DNA of 64,000 nt, taken from the NCBI GenBank assembly GCA_964630925.1, contig CAZVZK010000027.1, positions 2,135 to 66,134 of the forward strand. The letters are read 5' to 3'. The position numbers were made by a program, and so were the translations under genes. Shown piece by piece: positions 18,278 through 26,973 of the stretch. Numbering within the stretch: position 1 is the stretch's first letter; every line of letters starts with the position of its first letter. A model generated the notes under the pieces. The model saw nothing but the letters and a program-made list of their open reading frames with translations. It ran no database searches and was not told the DNA's origin. This DNA is from an uncultured Alcaligenaceae bacterium. Its GTDB lineage: Bacteria > Planctomycetota > Planctomycetia > Gemmatales > Gemmataceae.

Positions 18278-18718
18278 ATGTTCAGCCGCCTCCGACCTCT
18301 CCTCTTCCTCGCCCTCATCGTCGCCGTGGCGTCTGGCTGCGGCGGCCGCTCCTCCAGCCGGAGCGTGAAATTCTACGGCAAGGTCACCTACAAGGGGGCG
18401 CCCGTCACCGGCGCCAACATGGTCGCCTACGCCGGCGAGGTCGGCAACCCGATCGCCGTCGCCGCCGACGGCTCCTTCAACGCCTCGCAGCTCCCCGCCG
18501 GCGACTTCGTCGTCACCGTCGAGAACGAGTTCCTCAACCCCGACAAGCCCGACTATGCCGGGAAGAAGGGCATGGGCAGCCCCATGCCCGCCGGCAAGGG
18601 CGCCCCCGCGGGCGTCTACATCAAGCTGCCGGAAAAGTACAAGAAGAAGGAGACCTCCGACCTCAAGATCACCCTCGTCAACGGCAACAACGAGAAGGAG
18701 ATCGTGCTGACGGACTGA
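18278..18718 (+). CDS. Lipoprotein, carboxypeptidase-regulatory-like domain (usual DUF1559 partner)
   Basis: Lipobox LIVAVASGC. FYGKVTYKGAPVTGANMVAY...DGSFNASQLPAGDFVVTV is a beta-sandwich pattern. Lys-rich C-terminus. Confidence 0.75.
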   Translation: MFSRLRPLLFLALIVAVASGCGGRSSSRSVKFYGKVTYKGAPVTGANMVAYAGEVGNPIAVAADGSFNASQLPAGDFVVTVENEFLNPDKPDYAGKKGMGSPMPAGKGAPAGVYIKLPEKYKKKETSDLKITLVNGNNEKEIVLTD

Positions 18719-18737
18719 CCGGCCGGGGCCGCCACGC

Positions 18738-20015
18738 ATGCTCTCCCACCTCCGACCTGCCGCCCTGCGGAGGCGGCCCAAGGCCGCCCTCCTCGCCCTC
18801 GCCTTGCTCCTGCTCGTGGCGGCGGCCGCGGGCCTCAACGCCCTCGCCCTCCTCCGCTGGCACGAGGCCCGCCGCGCCGTCCTCGACAGGCGGCCCCAGG
18901 ACGCCCGCTCCGCCCTCCAGCTCCCCCTCCTCCTCTGGGGCCGCTCCCCCCCCGTCCGCCTCCTCGCCGCCCGCGCCGCCCGCATGTCTGGCGACTTCCC
19001 CGAGGCCGAGGCCCTCCTCACCCGACTCCTCGCCTCCCCCGCCGCACGCGAAGACGCCCAGCTCGAATTCCTCCTCATGCGCGTCCAGGCCGGCGACGTC
19101 GAAGAGGTCGAGGCCCCCCTCCTCCACTGCGTCGAGAACGGGCACGCCGAGGCCCCGCTCATCCTCGAGACCCTCGCCGGCGCCCACATGCGCAACCTGC
19201 GTTTCACCCCCGCCCTCCTGATGCTCAACCGGTGGATCGAGGTCGACCCCTCCTCCGCCGTCGCCCACCAGCACCGGGCCTGGCTCCTCGACCGCGCCAA
19301 CAAGCCCAGGGAGGCACTCAAGGATTACCGCCGGGCCGTGGACCTCGCCCCCGACCTCGTGCCGCCCCGCCTCCGCCTCGCCGAGATGCTGCTCCAGGAG
19401 AACGAGCCCGCCGACGCCGCCCCCCACCTCGAACGCCTACACGCGGCCCACCCCAAGCGCCCCGACGTGCTGGCCCGCCTCGGGCAGTGCCGCTTCCAGC
19501 AAGGCGAGTTCGACGAGGCCCGCCGCCTCCTCCTCGCCGCCGAGGAGGGCCTCCCCGACGACCCCGCCGTCCTCATCCACCTGGCCAGGATCGACCAGCA
19601 ATCGGGCCGCCTCGCCGACGCCGAACGCCGTCTCCGCCGCGTCCTGGAGGGCGACCCCGCCGACGCCGAGGCCCAGTACACCCTCGTCCAGGTCATCCGC
19701 CGCCTCGGACGCACCGCCGAGGCCGACGCCGCCGAGAAAAACTATCACCGCTCGCAGGACATCCTCCGCCGCGTGAACACCCTCCTCCGCGACGACATGG
19801 AGGCGTCCCCCACCGACGCCGGCACCCCATACGAGGCCGGGCGCGGCCTGCTCGAGCTGGGCCAGGAGAGGCTGGGCCTGTACTACCTGCACCAGGCGCT
19901 CAAACGCGACCCCGGCCATCGCCCCACCCACGCCGCCCTCGCCGCGCACTACGACGCCAAGGGCATCCAGGACCGCGCGGCGCACCACCGCCGCCAGATG
20001 GGCCTCAAGCCATGA
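18738..20015 (+). CDS. TPR repeat protein with N-terminal membrane anchor
   Basis: N-terminal hydrophobic helix (KAALLALALLLLVAAAAGL) followed by recurrent TPR units (...EALKDYRRAVDLAPDLV..., ...EAQYTLVQVIRRLGRTAEA...). Confidence 0.8.
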   Translation: MLSHLRPAALRRRPKAALLALALLLLVAAAAGLNALALLRWHEARRAVLDRRPQDARSALQLPLLLWGRSPPVRLLAARAARMSGDFPEAEALLTRLLASPAAREDAQLEFLLMRVQAGDVEEVEAPLLHCVENGHAEAPLILETLAGAHMRNLRFTPALLMLNRWIEVDPSSAVAHQHRAWLLDRANKPREALKDYRRAVDLAPDLVPPRLRLAEMLLQENEPADAAPHLERLHAAHPKRPDVLARLGQCRFQQGEFDEARRLLLAAEEGLPDDPAVLIHLARIDQQSGRLADAERRLRRVLEGDPADAEAQYTLVQVIRRLGRTAEADAAEKNYHRSQDILRRVNTLLRDDMEASPTDAGTPYEAGRGLLELGQERLGLYYLHQALKRDPGHRPTHAALAAHYDAKGIQDRAAHHRRQMGLKP

Positions 20016-21925
20016 GGCTCCGCGTCCTCGTTGCCGCCCTCCTCGCCGCCGCGGCCCTCCTCACGGCCCTGTGGTGGCGGCAAGGCCACGCCCCCGCTCC
20101 CCCTGCATCCGACGACCCTCGTCTCACGTTCGCCACGCCCTTCCGCAACGTCCGCCCCGAGGTGCGCTACGTCGGCGACGCCGTCTGCGCCACCTGCCAC
20201 GCCGACCTCGCCGACAGCTACGCCGGCCACCCGATGGGCCGCGCCCTCGCACCCGCCGCCGACGCCTCCCCCATCGAGAAGTACGGCCCGGCGGCGCACG
20301 AGCCGTTCACCGCCGACGGGATCACACACGGCGTCCGCCGCGAGGGCGCACGCGTGTTCCACCGCCAGTGGGTGGACGGCCCCGGGGGACCCGCGGCCGC
20401 CGTCGAGGAGGAGGTGCTGTACGCGGTCGGGTCCGGCACCCGGGCCCGCAGCTACCTCGTCCGCCGGGGCGGCGGCCTCTTCCAGTCGCCGCTCACCTGG
20501 TACCCGGAGGCCGGGCGGTGGGCGCTCTCGCCGGGGTTCGAGGGGAAGGGCCTGCACTTCGGGCGGCCGGCGGCGGCCGGCTGCCTCTTCTGCCACACCA
20601 CCCGCGTCGAGCCCCTCGCCGGCGCCGTTAACCGCTACGCCGAGCCGGTCTTCCGGGGCCACGTCATCGGCTGCGAGCGCTGCCACGGCCCCGGCGAGCT
20701 GCACGCGCGCGAACGTGGCGAGCGGGGGGCGGCTGGCGGCGTGGACCACTCCATCGTCAACCCGGCGCGGCTGGGGCACGCGCTCCGCGAGGACGTGTGC
20801 CACCAGTGCCACGTCCAGGGCGAGGAGCGTGTGGTGGCGCGCGGGCGGGCCGACTTCGACTTCCGCCCCGGCTTGCCGCTCCCCCTGTTCCTCGTGGACT
20901 TCGTCGACGCGCGCGGCGCGGCCGCCGGGCACAAGTTCGTCAGCTCGGCCGAGCAGGTGCGGTCGAGCCGTTGCTACACGGAGAGCCGGGGCGAGAAGAA
21001 GCTGGGGTGCGTCTCTTGCCACGACCCGCACCGCCACCCGGCCCCGGAGGAGCGGCCCGCCCACTACCGCCAGCGTTGCCTGAAGTGCCACACCGAGCAG
21101 AGCTGCGGCCTCGCCCCGGCCGTGCGGCGTGGCCGTCAGGCCGACGACAGCTGCATCGCCTGCCATATGCCGCGCCAGGGGTCGGAGGTCAACCACACGG
21201 CGATCACCGACCACCGCATCCAGAGGCGTCCGGCGCCGAGGGCGGGCGAGAAGCCGGCGACGCCGGGGCCGGATGACCTCGTGCCGTTCGACACGGCGCG
21301 GGTCGCGGCCGGTGATCCGGACGCGGCACGGGACCGAGGGTTGGCCATGATCGGCATGCTGGACCGCGCGCCGCCCGAGCCGTTCCGCCGCCGCTACGCC
21401 GGGAAGGCGCTGCCCTTGCTGGACGCCGCGGCGGAGCGACACCCATCGGACCTCCCCGCCCGGCGGGCACGGGGGGACGCCCTCTGGGTGCTGGGCCGGC
21501 ACGGGGAGGCGTTGGCAGAGTACGAGGCCGTACTGGCCAGGAGCCCCGATGACGAGGTGGGGCTGGCGCTGGCAGGCGGCCTGCTGCTGGAGATGGGCCG
21601 CCCGCGCGACGCCCTGCCGGTACTGGAACAACTCGCCCGGCTGGCGCCGGGGCGGACGCACCACCACTTTCTTCTGGCGCGGGCGGCCTACCGCACCGGC
21701 GGATGGGCGGCGGCGGCGCGGGCGTGCGGCGAGGCGCTACGCCTCCAGCCGTTCGACGGGCCGGCACGCAGCCTGCTCATCCAGGCACACCTGATGGACG
21801 GACGGCCTGAGAAAGCGGCGGCGGAGTACGCGACCCTGCGCCAGCTCACGCCGGAGGCCCGGCGGGACGACCTGCGTCGGTGGTACGAGGAGGTGGGCAA
21901 GCGGGTCAACGCGGCGCCGCCTTAA
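20012..21925 (+). CDS. Multihaem c-type cytochrome (7 CxxCH) fused to C-terminal TPR repeats
   Basis: ATG overlaps the previous stop (ATGA). Signal anchor MRLRVLVAALLAAAALL. Haem motifs CATCH, CLFCH, CERCH, CHQCH, CVSCH, CLKCH, CIACH. TPR-like repeats in the C-terminal ~230 aa. Confidence 0.85.
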   Translation: MRLRVLVAALLAAAALLTALWWRQGHAPAPPASDDPRLTFATPFRNVRPEVRYVGDAVCATCHADLADSYAGHPMGRALAPAADASPIEKYGPAAHEPFTADGITHGVRREGARVFHRQWVDGPGGPAAAVEEEVLYAVGSGTRARSYLVRRGGGLFQSPLTWYPEAGRWALSPGFEGKGLHFGRPAAAGCLFCHTTRVEPLAGAVNRYAEPVFRGHVIGCERCHGPGELHARERGERGAAGGVDHSIVNPARLGHALREDVCHQCHVQGEERVVARGRADFDFRPGLPLPLFLVDFVDARGAAAGHKFVSSAEQVRSSRCYTESRGEKKLGCVSCHDPHRHPAPEERPAHYRQRCLKCHTEQSCGLAPAVRRGRQADDSCIACHMPRQGSEVNHTAITDHRIQRRPAPRAGEKPATPGPDDLVPFDTARVAAGDPDAARDRGLAMIGMLDRAPPEPFRRRYAGKALPLLDAAAERHPSDLPARRARGDALWVLGRHGEALAEYEAVLARSPDDEVGLALAGGLLLEMGRPRDALPVLEQLARLAPGRTHHHFLLARAAYRTGGWAAAARACGEALRLQPFDGPARSLLIQAHLMDGRPEKAAAEYATLRQLTPEARRDDLRRWYEEVGKRVNAAPP

Positions 21926-24659
21926 CCTCCCGCAGACGGGCGGCCCACGCCTCGGCGGCAGGCCGGCCGGCGAAGTCCATCCCTCCGCGCCACAGCGCCA
22001 GCGTCTCGCGAAACACCCCCCCCGCGTCACCGATGTGGCCCACTTCGAGGAGGAGCAGCGCGGACAGGACGCTCACGTCGGCCTTCTTGCGCATCACCTG
22101 CCCCAGCGCGGGGAGGTTGGTCAGCGCCTCCGCCCGCCCGTACGCCGTCCCAAGGTGCCGCCCCTGGCCCCACCCCGGTGCCCCATCCAGGACCGACTTC
22201 CCAACGAGGCCCGCCACGCCGGCGCGGAGGTCAGTAGGGCTCAGGCCGCCCTTGAGGCCGAGGGACGCCGACAGCCGGGCGCACTCATCGAGGGCGCCGG
22301 TGTAATCGCCCTGGGCGGCCAGGGCCTGCGCCCGCAGCCAGTGGTAGGACGCCTTCAGGGCGTCCCGGTGCTGCGGCCCGGTCCAGTCGCGCACCTCCTT
22401 CGGGCGCCCGGTGCCGAGGAGCAGCTCCAGCTCGAGGGCCAGCCCCTCGTCGCCGAAGTTGGCGTAATCCGACCCGAGGAGCAGCTCGAGCGCCAGGCCG
22501 GCCAGGCCCTTCTCGCGGGCGAGCTGCGCCCGGACGAGGAGGCGTTTGCCGAGGGCCTCCTTCCCGTGGGCGTCGCGGGCCGAAGCCACCGCGCGGGCGA
22601 GGGGGGCCAGATCGGCCTCGCCGTCCGGCCCGCCGGCCTTGCGGACCGCCGTGGTGTAGGCACGCAGGTGACTCAGGGCGAGGTCGAGGTAGCCGAGGTC
22701 GCGGTACAGGGCCCCGAGGGCGAGATGCGCCCTGGCCAGGCCCGGGTTGAGGGCCAGGGCGCGGTTGAGGGCGGCCGATGCCTGCGCCGACCGCAGCTGA
22801 CCCAGCTCGGGCAGGCGCTCCGCCCACACCCGCTCGGCGGTGGAATGCAGGAGGCGCAGGTACGCCTCGCCCAGGAGGAGGTGCGCCACGGCGTCGTCGG
22901 GGGCCTCGACGGCGGCGCGGCGGGCGGCGCGGATGCCCCGGTACAGGAGTGGCGGCGGGATGTCGTCCAGGCGGCGGAGGAAGCGGCTGCGCGGGAGGGC
23001 CGCCGGCGGGGGCGGGCGGTACAGCACCAGGCGGAGCAGGAGGTTGGCGGAGGCGTCGGCGTGCGTCCATGTGGCGTAGGCGCCCACGAGGCCGGCGATC
23101 TGCGCGCCCTCCCACGCGGCGAGCTGGCCCGGCGCGGCGTCCCGGCCCGCCGCCTCAGCGAGGTCGGCGCAGAGCGATGCCTCGTCCCTGGAGGCGGACA
23201 GGGCGGGGGCGGGCTTGAAGAAGGCATGCCACCAGGGGCGCCCGTCCGCAGTTGCAGAGTCGGGGACCGGCTCCCCGTCGGCGAACACCAGCGATTCAAG
23301 GCGGATGGGTGTGCCGTCGCCGAAGACGGCCACGCCGCCGGCGAGGAAGATCAGGCGCGAGGGGACGGCGGCCTCCCCCAGGCGGGACCGTCCCGAGCCG
23401 ACGACGTGCGTGATCCCCCCGCGCTTCGCGTCAAGCGTCCCCCACACCGCCGGGAGGTGCCACGCGAAGGCGAAGGCCGTCTCGGGGGTGAGGTGCAGCA
23501 CCCGCGCGCCCGCCGGCAGGCCGCCCCAGGTGCGGACGGCCACGGCGCCTCGCTGGAGCGTGGCGGGCGGCTCGAACGCCCAGCGGCGCGGCTCGTACGG
23601 CGGGGACAGGAGCCATCCCGGCCAGGCGGAGGCGAGGAGGCCGAGGCCGACGGCGGCCCCGGTGAGTCGCCAGGCGGGGCCGACGGTCCGCACACCGCGC
23701 CTTGCCAACGCCTCGGTGAGATTCCAGGCGAGGACGGGGCCGCCCACCAGGGCGAAGTACGGGGTGGCCCGCGCCTCGACGCCGGCCAGGACGGCGAGGC
23801 CCAGCCACGGCAGGAAGCGGCCCCAGCGCCAGCCGGACCGGTTGGCGGCGAAGGACACGAGCCCGAAGAGGAGCAGGGCGAAGTAGGCGAGGCCGGCGGG
23901 GGTGGCGCCGAGGTCGTTCAGGTAGGCCGACGAGAAGGGGGAGGTGATGCGCCCCGGCTCCGCACCCGCCGTCAGCCAGGCCAGCTCCGGGGGCAATGCG
24001 AAGGCACGCACGTGGTCGGGGTTGAGCAGGCAGGCGGCGGCGGCCAGCACCAGCCAGGAGAACCGGAAGGCGGGCGGATCACCTTCCGCGGCCCCGTCGG
24101 CCGCCCGCCCGAGCCAATGCAGGGCGAGTGCCGCGAGCCCGACGGTGAACCACGGATCGGTGTTGGCCCACGCGACGAAGACGAGGGGCAGCGCCCACGC
24201 CGGCGGTCCGGACCGGAGGCTGAGGAGCCACAGGGCGAGGCCGAACAGGAAATAGGACACCGCCGTCGGTGCGGCCGGCAGGCGGATGGCGCAGGCGAGG
24301 AGGGTGAGCGACGTGGCGGCGACAGGCGCCCACCACCCGCCGCGTGAGCGGGCCGCCACGAGGACGAGCAGGCCGAGGCCGGCGAAGAGGGCCGCCTTGG
24401 CGAGGACGAGGGCGGCGCCGCCGGCGGTGTTGAAGAGGGCGTAGGCGGCGGCGTTGAACGCCCAGGCCTTGGTGACGGGGGTGCCGGCGAGTGCCTCGGG
24501 CAGGGCGGCGCCGTCGACGAGGGCGCGCCCGGCGGCGAGGTGCCCCCACAGGGACGGATCGCGCGCCGGGGAGGACGCCAGGAGCAGGGCGAGCGCGGCC
24601 ACGAACAGGGCGGCGGGCCACCAGCCGGCGGGCTCGGTCTCGGGGGTCTCGTTGGTCAT
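21906..24659 (-). CDS. Polytopic membrane protein (GT-C/O-antigen-polymerase-like N-terminal half) with C-terminal TPR domain
   Basis: About 12 predicted TM helices in the first ~400 aa, then a soluble region and clear TPR units (LLLGEAYLRLL..., ALNPGLARAHLALGALYRDLGYLDLA...). The ATG at 24659 is preferred over the TTG at 24719. The 3' end overlaps the convergent cytochrome gene by 20 nt. Confidence 0.8.
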   Translation of the reverse strand: MTNETPETEPAGWWPAALFVAALALLLASSPARDPSLWGHLAAGRALVDGAALPEALAGTPVTKAWAFNAAAYALFNTAGGAALVLAKAALFAGLGLLVLVAARSRGGWWAPVAATSLTLLACAIRLPAAPTAVSYFLFGLALWLLSLRSGPPAWALPLVFVAWANTDPWFTVGLAALALHWLGRAADGAAEGDPPAFRFSWLVLAAAACLLNPDHVRAFALPPELAWLTAGAEPGRITSPFSSAYLNDLGATPAGLAYFALLLFGLVSFAANRSGWRWGRFLPWLGLAVLAGVEARATPYFALVGGPVLAWNLTEALARRGVRTVGPAWRLTGAAVGLGLLASAWPGWLLSPPYEPRRWAFEPPATLQRGAVAVRTWGGLPAGARVLHLTPETAFAFAWHLPAVWGTLDAKRGGITHVVGSGRSRLGEAAVPSRLIFLAGGVAVFGDGTPIRLESLVFADGEPVPDSATADGRPWWHAFFKPAPALSASRDEASLCADLAEAAGRDAAPGQLAAWEGAQIAGLVGAYATWTHADASANLLLRLVLYRPPPPAALPRSRFLRRLDDIPPPLLYRGIRAARRAAVEAPDDAVAHLLLGEAYLRLLHSTAERVWAERLPELGQLRSAQASAALNRALALNPGLARAHLALGALYRDLGYLDLALSHLRAYTTAVRKAGGPDGEADLAPLARAVASARDAHGKEALGKRLLVRAQLAREKGLAGLALELLLGSDYANFGDEGLALELELLLGTGRPKEVRDWTGPQHRDALKASYHWLRAQALAAQGDYTGALDECARLSASLGLKGGLSPTDLRAGVAGLVGKSVLDGAPGWGQGRHLGTAYGRAEALTNLPALGQVMRKKADVSVLSALLLLEVGHIGDAGGVFRETLALWRGGMDFAGRPAAEAWAARLREVKAAPR

Positions 24660-24796
24660 TAGGCACGCCGACGGGGCGGGCTGGAACAGCCAGGATAGGC
24701 GGGCCAGGCCCGCGGTCAAGCGCCCTGTCCTTCATCACCTGGTCGGCTAAGATGATGAGAATCCGATGAACATGCCCCGCTGAGGAGGACCGGCCG

Positions 24797-26311
24797 ATGA
24801 GCCGTCTCGTACCTTCCCTCACCCTCTGCGTGGTGCTGATGTTCTTCGGCGCGGCCGCGTACGGGGCCGCGCCCGTGCCCGGCGTGCCCCGGTCGGCCGC
24901 CTACCGCTGGCTCGACATCGCCCTGGAGGCCACCGCCCGCGAGCACGAACGCAACGGCCCGCGGCCGACGGTCGGCTCGCGCATGCTCGCCATCGTGGTG
25001 ACGGCGATGTATGACGCCTGGGCCGCCTACGACGACAAGGCCGTTGGCACGAGGCTTGGGGCCGGCCTGCGGCGGCCGCCGCGTGAACGCACGCTCGCCA
25101 ACAAGGAGGCCGCCGTCGGGCACGCGGCGTATCGCGCCCTGCTCGACATCTTCCCCGAGCAGGCGAGGTGGCTGGCCGGGCAGATGCGGGCCGAGGGCCT
25201 CGACGCCGGCACCGGTGCAGGCCTGGCGGGGACGCCGCGTGCCGTCGGCGAGGCCGCCGCGGCGGCGCTGCTCGCATACCGCCGCCACGACGGGGCCAAC
25301 CAGCTCGGCGACGAGGAGGGCTCCGGGGGCGGCGCCTACTCGGACTACACCTTCTACCGCCCGGTCAACCCCGTTGACCGCATCATCGACCCGGACTGCT
25401 GGCAGCCGATCGAGTTCGATAACGGCAGGAGCGGCAAGGTGACGCCCGGCTTCCTCACGCCGCACTGGTACCGCGTCAAGCCGTTCGCGCTCGCCCGCGC
25501 CTCCCAGCTCCGCCCCCCCGGCCCCCCGAAGGTCGGGTCGAAGCAGATGAAGAAGGAGGTGGACGAGGTGCTGTCGTTCAACGGGAGCCTGACGGTGGAG
25601 CAGAAGGCCGTCGTCGAGTTCATGCGCGACGGGCCGCGATCGACGGGCCAGTCCGGCCACTGGCTCCGCTTCGCCCAGGTCGTGTCGCGCCGCGACGGCC
25701 ACGGCCTCGACCAGGACATCAAGCTGTTCTTCTCCGTGGGCAACGTCGTGTTCGACGCCTTCATCGCCTGCTGGGAGGCGAAGCGCTTCTACGACAGCTC
25801 GCGGCCCTGGACGCTGATCCGCCACTACTACAAGGGCAAGAAGATCGTAGGCTGGGGCGGGGCGGGCAAGGGCGTCGTCCTGCTCCCCGCCGAGGACTGG
25901 CACCCGTACTCCCCGCTCACGTTCATCACGCCGCCCTTCCCCGGCTACCCGTCGGGTCATAGCACGGCGAGCGGGGCGGCGGCGAAGATGCTCGAGCTGT
26001 TCACCGGCAGTGACCACTTCGGCGGCACCGAACGCCGCCTCGCCGGAGAGCTGACCGAGCCGGGGTTCGAGTGCAAGGTTATGATGCGCCACCTGGGGAA
26101 GTTCCCGCTCGACGCGAAGATGACGTGCGACGTGGCCCTGCGCCTGCCGACGTTTTCCGCGACGGCGGAGATGGCCGGCATCTCGCGCGTCATGGGCGGC
26201 TACCACATTCAGACGGACAACATCGACGGCCTGAAACTGGGCCGCGACGTGGCGTCGTACTCCTGGCCGCGCTACCGCGCCTACTTCGACGGCACGGCGA
26301 AGCCACGCTGA
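24797..26311 (+). CDS. PAP2 superfamily / vanadium-dependent haloperoxidase-like protein
   Basis: GAGGAGG RBS and a signal peptide. C-terminal PAP2 motifs: FPGYPSGHSTASGAAAKML and GISRVMGGYHIQTDNIDGLKLGRDVA. Confidence 0.85.
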   Translation: MSRLVPSLTLCVVLMFFGAAAYGAAPVPGVPRSAAYRWLDIALEATAREHERNGPRPTVGSRMLAIVVTAMYDAWAAYDDKAVGTRLGAGLRRPPRERTLANKEAAVGHAAYRALLDIFPEQARWLAGQMRAEGLDAGTGAGLAGTPRAVGEAAAAALLAYRRHDGANQLGDEEGSGGGAYSDYTFYRPVNPVDRIIDPDCWQPIEFDNGRSGKVTPGFLTPHWYRVKPFALARASQLRPPGPPKVGSKQMKKEVDEVLSFNGSLTVEQKAVVEFMRDGPRSTGQSGHWLRFAQVVSRRDGHGLDQDIKLFFSVGNVVFDAFIACWEAKRFYDSSRPWTLIRHYYKGKKIVGWGGAGKGVVLLPAEDWHPYSPLTFITPPFPGYPSGHSTASGAAAKMLELFTGSDHFGGTERRLAGELTEPGFECKVMMRHLGKFPLDAKMTCDVALRLPTFSATAEMAGISRVMGGYHIQTDNIDGLKLGRDVASYSWPRYRAYFDGTAKPR

Positions 26312-26322
26312 GACCCCCCTCG

Positions 26323-26952
26323 TCACGGCGCGATGCGCCGCCCTGGGACCACGTCCTCGACGGCGTCCTTGCCCTCCTGGATGGCGATGTGGCGGTTCGC
26401 CTTCAGGCCCTTGAGGGTCTGCACCGTGCCGGAGGGCCAGCGGACGGTGAGGCTGTCCAGCGTGTCGGCGCCGCCGAGGCCGAAGTGGACGAGGGCCGGG
26501 GCCTGCGAGCGGAAGGTGTTGGCCGGGTACAGCTCGCGGATCTGGCGCAGCCCGCCGGCCACGGCGGTCAGGCGGGCGCCGATGCCGCGGTGGTTCCCGC
26601 CCTTCCCCCGGAGGGACACCGTGAGGTAATTCCGCCTCGGCATGGCGTTCTCGTACAGGAGCAGGGGGCCGCCGCCGACCTGGCGGACGATGAGGTCGAG
26701 CATGCCGGTGTTGCGGAAGTCGGCGGCGACGACGGCGCGGCCGTCGCCGTCGCTGTCGGCCCCGGTCAGGTGGCTGATCTCGAGGAACGCCCCGCCGGCG
26801 TCGTTGAGGTAGATCCGGTTGCGTTCGAAGGCGCTGAGGTTGTGGCCGTCGGCGACGATCTGCCAGGGGTTGGTGGACCAGAACTCGCCCAGGCCCTTGT
26901 CGAGGGCCCCGGGGGCGGGCACCACGGCTCCACGGTCGTTCGGCTGTGACAC
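26323..26952 (-). CDS. ASPIC/UnbV-type C-terminal segment; most likely the continuation of 26974..29397 across an in-frame TGA
   Basis: Same reading frame as the upstream ORF, with no stop in the 21 nt between. The 'start' is an internal GTG. Contains a final FG-GAP-like repeat (GADSDGDGRAVVAADFRNTGMLDLIV) and an UnbV_ASPIC-like end (NYLTVSLRGKGGNHRGIGARL...LTVRWPSGTVQTL). Confidence 0.6.
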   Translation of the reverse strand: MSQPNDRGAVVPAPGALDKGLGEFWSTNPWQIVADGHNLSAFERNRIYLNDAGGAFLEISHLTGADSDGDGRAVVAADFRNTGMLDLIVRQVGGGPLLLYENAMPRRNYLTVSLRGKGGNHRGIGARLTAVAGGLRQIRELYPANTFRSQAPALVHFGLGGADTLDSLTVRWPSGTVQTLKGLKANRHIAIQEGKDAVEDVVPGRRIAP

Positions 26953-26973
26953 GACAGCCAGCCAGACGCAGTT

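Noticed and set aside
19232-20011. N-terminal 260-codon extension of the multihaem cytochrome ORF
   Set aside because: It is out of frame over the real TPR gene and is an Arg/Pro-rich string. The ATG at 20012 gives a proper signal anchor and an ATGA coupling to the upstream gene.
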